Below, in pieces: positions 59,840 through 63,417 of a DNA stretch of 63,417 nt (position 1 is the stretch's first letter; every line of letters starts with the position of its first letter). Source of the DNA: a virus. The stretch lies in the IMG/VR virus record IMGVR_UViG_2710264769_000001; one strand, written 5' to 3'. The position numbers and the translations under genes are program-made. Below the pieces are notes generated by a model. That model was not told the origin of the DNA and made no database searches. It saw only the letters and a program-made list of their open reading frames with translations.

Positions 59840-59951
59840 GTTACTTATAGCAACCTACTGTTACTATAAGTGATAATAAAATTTTTTTAGGGGTTGACAA
59901 AGTTACTGTAAGTGTCTATAATATAAATTAGAAACGTTACTAAAAGTTACT
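59840..59951. promoter_or_regulatory. Operator array between cI and cro (GTTACT-containing sites)
   Basis: gttacttatagcaac (59840-54), gttactataagtgat (59860-74), gttactgtaagtg (59902-14), gttactaaaagttact (59936-51). Confidence 0.6.
59894..59922 (+). promoter_or_regulatory. Consensus sigma-A/sigma-70 promoter for the rightward early operon
   Basis: TTGACA (59894-99), 17-nt spacer, TATAAT (59917-22). One operator copy lies in the spacer. Confidence 0.75.
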
Positions 59952-59964
59952 GATTAAGGAAAGG

Positions 59965-60186
59965 GTGAAACTAAGAGTGAGAAAAATATTATACGCTTTA
60001 AGAACACAAAGAAATCTTTCACAGAAACAAATTGCACAAGATTTAGGAATCTCACGTTCTTATTATACCCATATTGAACAAGGTACAAAGACGCCGAGCC
60101 TTAAGGAGGCAGTTAAAATTGCTCGTTATTTTTATGTTTCTGTTGAAGAATTATTTGCTGATGTTTACAAAAAAACAACTGCATAG
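59965..60186 (+). CDS. cro: Cro-like XRE-family HTH regulator
   Basis: LSQKQIAQDLGISRSYYTHIEQG; divergent from cI. Confidence 0.8.
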   Translation: MKLRVRKILYALRTQRNLSQKQIAQDLGISRSYYTHIEQGTKTPSLKEAVKIARYFYVSVEELFADVYKKTTA

Positions 60187-60200
60187 GAGGTTCGTTTCGT

Positions 60201-60368
60201 ATGGAAGAGAAGCGTTTCCTCACTATCAAAGAAGCCAGTGAACTTTTAAACATTACCGAGAACCGGCTTTACATCATGTGCCGGGAACGCAGAATACCCC
60301 ACATTAAAGCCGGCAAATGTATCAGGATTGATATGCGGAAGATTTACAGGGAGGCAGTTAACGAATGA
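60201..60368 (+). CDS. Excisionase-family (MerR-like HTH_17) DNA-binding protein
   Basis: 55 aa, not in the ORF track. FLTIKEASELLNITENRLYIMCRERRIPHIKAGKCIRI; AGGAGG RBS. Confidence 0.55.
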   Translation: MEEKRFLTIKEASELLNITENRLYIMCRERRIPHIKAGKCIRIDMRKIYREAVNE

Positions 60369-60476
60369 AACGGTCTTATAAGTATTGTTAATTAAACATT
60401 AGTTAAAACGCACTCAGGAGAACGTTTCAATTGAAATGGGAGCAAATTTGAGGGGGGGGAGAAGGGAGGGAAAACG

Positions 60477-60665
60477 GTGAGTGTCCATGCTGAATTAGAA
60501 AACGTAAAAAAAGACTGCTTAAAAGCAGTTATGGCTGTATTGGAAGATAACCTGGAAGTTGTTGATAATATGGCGGTGCTGGTAAGCAATATAGATGATG
60601 ACATTAAGGACATTATATCCACTCTTGAAAGAATTGACCTTAATGTGCCGAACAAACGGAAATAA
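60477..60665 (+). CDS. Hypothetical small acidic protein
   Basis: 62-aa ORF; GGGAGGG RBS. Confidence 0.4.
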   Translation: MSVHAELENVKKDCLKAVMAVLEDNLEVVDNMAVLVSNIDDDIKDIISTLERIDLNVPNKRK

Positions 60666-60704
60666 AAGAAGAGCTACAATCGGCCATTGATGCATTGTTA
60701 GATA

Positions 60705-61085
60705 TCAGGAATCAGCTTTATTAGCCAGTTCCCTCTCCAGCACCTTCACAATACTCTTCACAGTCTCAGGAGAAACACCAGACTTCTTAATATAAGTAGC
60801 CAGCTCCAGATAAACCGGATCGCTCAAGGCTTCTTCCTTAACGAATTCTACCAATCGCTGAGGCAGCTCATAAATCCAGGTCTCCTGGTCCAGGCCGCAA
60901 AGGTAATCAACAGACACCTTCAGTTCTTTAGCAATAATCGCAAGTTGATCCGGGTTGGGGGAGTTTTTCCCACGAAGCCAGTGAGTAACGCTGGCTCTGC
61001 TGATACCAACCAGATCGGCAATGTGTTTATGTGTAACGTTGTCAGCCCTTGCAAGAGCTTTCTTAAGGCGCTGAGGAAATTTTCC
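60705..61085 (-). CDS. Second XRE-family HTH regulator
   Basis: MGKFPQRLKKALARADNVTHKHIADLVGISRASVTHWLRGKNSP; ATG 61085 within tracked ORF 60705..61163. Confidence 0.7.
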   Translation of the reverse strand, partial: GKFPQRLKKALARADNVTHKHIADLVGISRASVTHWLRGKNSPNPDQLAIIAKELKVSVDYLCGLDQETWIYELPQRLVEFVKEEALSDPVYLELATYIKKSGVSPETVKSIVKVLERELANKADS

Positions 61086-61152
61086 CATAATAACACCCCC
61101 TGTCAATCTTACCTGAACAGGGGAGAAAAAGCAAGAGAGAGGAGGGGAGAGC

Positions 61153-61506
61153 TTGGAAAACAAGTGGATGATGGAGTTCGTAGCGAAAAGGGCGGGGGAG
61201 ATTGAGGAGCGGTTGAGTAATGACCCTTACTTTGTGCCAATCAGGGATAAACTTGAACGGCTGAAGAAGCAACTCGTTATTCCTGAAAACTTTCGGATGT
61301 TAAGGGAGATTGAATCCTTGGAAGATGCCCTGGAAGGAATCATTAAAGACGAGTTCTATCTCCAGGGCATAAGGGACGGGATCAAGCTGGCGCAGGAGCC
61401 GGAGGGAATAGCGTTCCCGGAGTATTATCATCGGGAATGGCCGGGTAACAGGCTCCCTGCCATTAAAACAAAGGGAGTGAGAACTTCTAATGAGAAACAC
61501 AGATGA
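61153..61506 (+). CDS. Hypothetical protein
   Basis: 117-aa ORF divergent from the second HTH gene. Confidence 0.45.
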   Translation: MENKWMMEFVAKRAGEIEERLSNDPYFVPIRDKLERLKKQLVIPENFRMLREIESLEDALEGIIKDEFYLQGIRDGIKLAQEPEGIAFPEYYHREWPGNRLPAIKTKGVRTSNEKHR

Positions 61507-61759
61507 GACAATCAGGCATATCTACCGCACGACCGAAAACGAGGCAGTGCGTGGGTATATGGAGACGACCCTGGCCTTGATACTCAAGGAAAAGCTGGAA
61601 CGCAAACGCCGGCAGAAAGATAGAGAACTTATTAATCATTTTAATCTTATGCGCTGGACTTATGCGAATCATCCTTCTGAATTTGTCCATGCCAAACTTG
61701 AGACAGCGCTCCCCCGGACTTACCGGGAGATTATAGAAAGGGGGCTGGAAGTTGCATAA
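61490..61759 (+). CDS. Hypothetical protein
   Basis: 89-aa ORF. Confidence 0.4.
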   Translation: MRNTDETIRHIYRTTENEAVRGYMETTLALILKEKLERKRRQKDRELINHFNLMRWTYANHPSEFVHAKLETALPRTYREIIERGLEVA

Positions 61760-61792
61760 AAGATTAATTTGACGGAAAGGAGGTAGTAAATC

Positions 61793-62410
61793 ATGGCAAC
61801 ATGGCTGCACTTTGTAGGCAAACAATACTACTCCAAGGCAAAATTTAAAAAAGAAGCGGAGAAACACGGTGTTTCCAGGAGAATATCTCTCCAGATGCTC
61901 AAGAAAATGAGTTGGGGCGACAGGATACTGCTTGCGCAGTTGGATGGTAAAACTCCTGTTATCTTTGGAGAATTTTACGTGGACCGGATTATCGGTTTTA
62001 GTCCAGAAGTAATGGAAAAGATTCAGCAAAGCCATTCTTGCAAGATAAACGACCTGGGCGGCTATATGGTATCCCGAGAGTGCGGGGACTTCATGGCCGG
62101 TGTGTCCTATGTCGTAGACGCTTCTATCGCAGAGCTGGTGGATTGCGCCAAAGATGCTGAGGATGCTGGCAAGCCGATGGTCGCCGGTATATTTATCGAA
62201 AGGCCGCTTGTACGCCTGAAGCAGATTCCCTTCCGTCAGGGTTTCCGGGCGTTCGATTATCAGGCTTTTATGGAGGCCTACAAAGTGGCAGAAACCAGAT
62301 CAAACGGAAAAATCCCGGTAGTTTACGGCCAGTTTTATGATTACGAGCAATTACCGTCATTACCGGGAACCGGAGAGATTCAGGAAGTAAAGAACTACAG
62401 GAAAAAATGA
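61793..62410 (+). CDS. Hypothetical protein
   Basis: 205-aa ORF; AAGGAGG RBS. Confidence 0.5.
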   Translation: MATWLHFVGKQYYSKAKFKKEAEKHGVSRRISLQMLKKMSWGDRILLAQLDGKTPVIFGEFYVDRIIGFSPEVMEKIQQSHSCKINDLGGYMVSRECGDFMAGVSYVVDASIAELVDCAKDAEDAGKPMVAGIFIERPLVRLKQIPFRQGFRAFDYQAFMEAYKVAETRSNGKIPVVYGQFYDYEQLPSLPGTGEIQEVKNYRKK

Positions 62411-62664
62411 GAAGAAGGGAGGGGGCCGTAGTGGAAAACAAGGAACTTTATACGCTTACTGAGGCCAGGGAAAGTTTCAGCGATTCCATCCACCAGGCTG
62501 TAGAGGACTTGGAGACGCTGAAAGGGCTGGCTGGGAAGTCTACAATCGCATACGATTTCCAATGGACAACAATAGTATTAAAAGATTTACTGATGAAAAC
62601 AAACCAGCATATTGCCGATTTGAAGCAGGTTGTAAGGGAAGAGGCTGAGACGGTTGCTAGGTAA
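62407..62664 (+). CDS. Hypothetical protein
   Basis: 85-aa ORF with overlapping start. Confidence 0.4.
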   Translation: MRRREGAVVENKELYTLTEARESFSDSIHQAVEDLETLKGLAGKSTIAYDFQWTTIVLKDLLMKTNQHIADLKQVVREEAETVAR

Positions 62665-62954
62665 GATATGCCCGATGATGTCAACTGGCTGGCACATGGT
62701 ATTGTGAAGAAGAACATTGCGCTTGGTGGTACGAAGCAGAAAAAGTATGTTGTGTTGTATACTTAAAAACCATTATTAACCGGAGGCGAAAAGATGAAAG
62801 AAGTGGAGATTTATCTTGATGATCTGACACCAGAAGCCAAAGAAAAAGTCCTGAAGGAATTGGGCAATAACGAGAACTAGGAATATATGCCGTTGGCTAT
62901 AGTTACTTTGGATGAAGAAGATTAATGATCATGGCCTATAAGGAGGTATTGAAG

Positions 62955-63167
62955 ATGGAACAATTAAATCGCTTTTCCCAAGGCCTTGCCGATCCCCAGG
63001 AAGCAAAAATAATGGCTCACTGTGCCGGTTGCGATGGGGAAATTTACGAAGGAGAAGATGTTTACCGGGTTAACGAGGCGATTCTCCACAATGATTGGGA
63101 ATGTCTGGTTCGTTATATAGACCCGGAAGTAATGACTGTTGAGGAAGCGTTAGGAGTGGAAAATTAA
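62955..63167 (+). CDS. Small Cys-containing protein
   Basis: AAGGAGG before ATG 62955; CAGCDGE... Confidence 0.45.
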   Translation: MEQLNRFSQGLADPQEAKIMAHCAGCDGEIYEGEDVYRVNEAILHNDWECLVRYIDPEVMTVEEALGVEN

Positions 63168-63190
63168 AAGTTTTGGCGGGGGCGGTGATT

Positions 63191-63417
63191 ATGGGAAAAC
63201 ACTTGAAGAACACCAAAAGAATATGCGAATTGTGCAGTAAGCACTTTATGGTTGAAGCTAAAGAAGTTCGGAGAGGCTGGGGACGTTTTTGCAGCTTACG
63301 TTGTGCAAATATATGGAGAGCAACGGGAAGGAGAAATCATCGCTATCTTGGGGGTAGGGCTTACCCCTATGTTACTCTCTCAGAAGAAATACGAGAGGAA
63401 GTTCTAAAAAGAGACAA
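63191..63417 (+). CDS. HNH endonuclease, N-terminal part (continues at position 100 of the window through the circular junction)
   Basis: MGKHLKNTKRICELCSKHFMVEAKEVRRGWGRFCSLRCANIW... (zinc-finger-like CxxC...CxxxC). There is no stop before the window end, and it is in frame with 2..253. Confidence 0.8.
   Translation, partial: MGKHLKNTKRICELCSKHFMVEAKEVRRGWGRFCSLRCANIWRATGRRNHRYLGGRAYPYVTLSEEIREEVLKRD
63319..63417. repeat. Terminal overlap copy 2 (identical to 1..99)
   Basis: Same 99-mer as positions 1..99. It lies inside the HNH ORF, so it marks circular closure rather than a genome end. Confidence 0.97.

Larger units (their letters stand above)
1..63417. mobile_element. Complete circularly closed temperate tailed-phage genome (unit length 63,318 bp)
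   Basis: All phage modules are present in one window: lysogeny switch, recombination/replication, terS/terL, portal, scaffold, capsid, fibres, lysis, integrase. The terminal 99 nt are identical at both ends. Confidence 0.9.

Overview
The window is one complete temperate tailed-phage genome, assembled as a circle. The first 99 nt and the last 99 nt are identical, so the unit length is 63,318 bp, and an HNH endonuclease gene reads across that junction.

Gene order around the circle:
- lysogeny switch: integrase, LexA-like CI, Cro, Xis-like HTH (57.5-61 kb)
- small early genes
- recombination module: Cas4-like PD-(D/E)XK nuclease and SMC/Rad50-like ATPase
- DNA-modification genes: a truncated C5-MTase, DUF5131, Dam
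- replication: DUF4373 organizer with internal iterons, DnaC-like loader
- RusA and an ArpU/RinA-like late regulator
- a 2 kb operon on the opposite strand
- TerS, a repeat-rich gap, TerL
- a 5 kb accessory block, then portal, scaffold and capsid
- head-tail and fibre genes, with a second tyrosine recombinase among them
- a 4,578-aa polyvalent virion protein (about 22% of the genome)
- a lysis cassette whose protease and amidase both carry SLH domains, so the host probably has an S-layer (likely a Firmicute)

Most notable observations:
1. The Mu gpT-like major capsid gene is split by a 269-nt element that folds as a group I (IC3-like) intron.
2. A protein-like +1-frame ORF with a strong Shine-Dalgarno lies inside the disordered linker of the giant gene.
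3. The giant MTase-helicase-MTase-HExxH protein sits where a tape measure would be expected. No tail tube or tape-measure gene was recognised.
4. A GreA C-terminal-domain gene carries an in-frame TGA.
5. The C5-MTase lacks a target-recognition domain.
6. An antisense accessory operon lies between the late regulator and the terminase.

Two other ORFs look broken at homopolymer runs, so some frame anomalies may be sequencing errors. I recognised no tRNA, rRNA or CRISPR array. All family assignments come from motifs read by eye; no database search was run.
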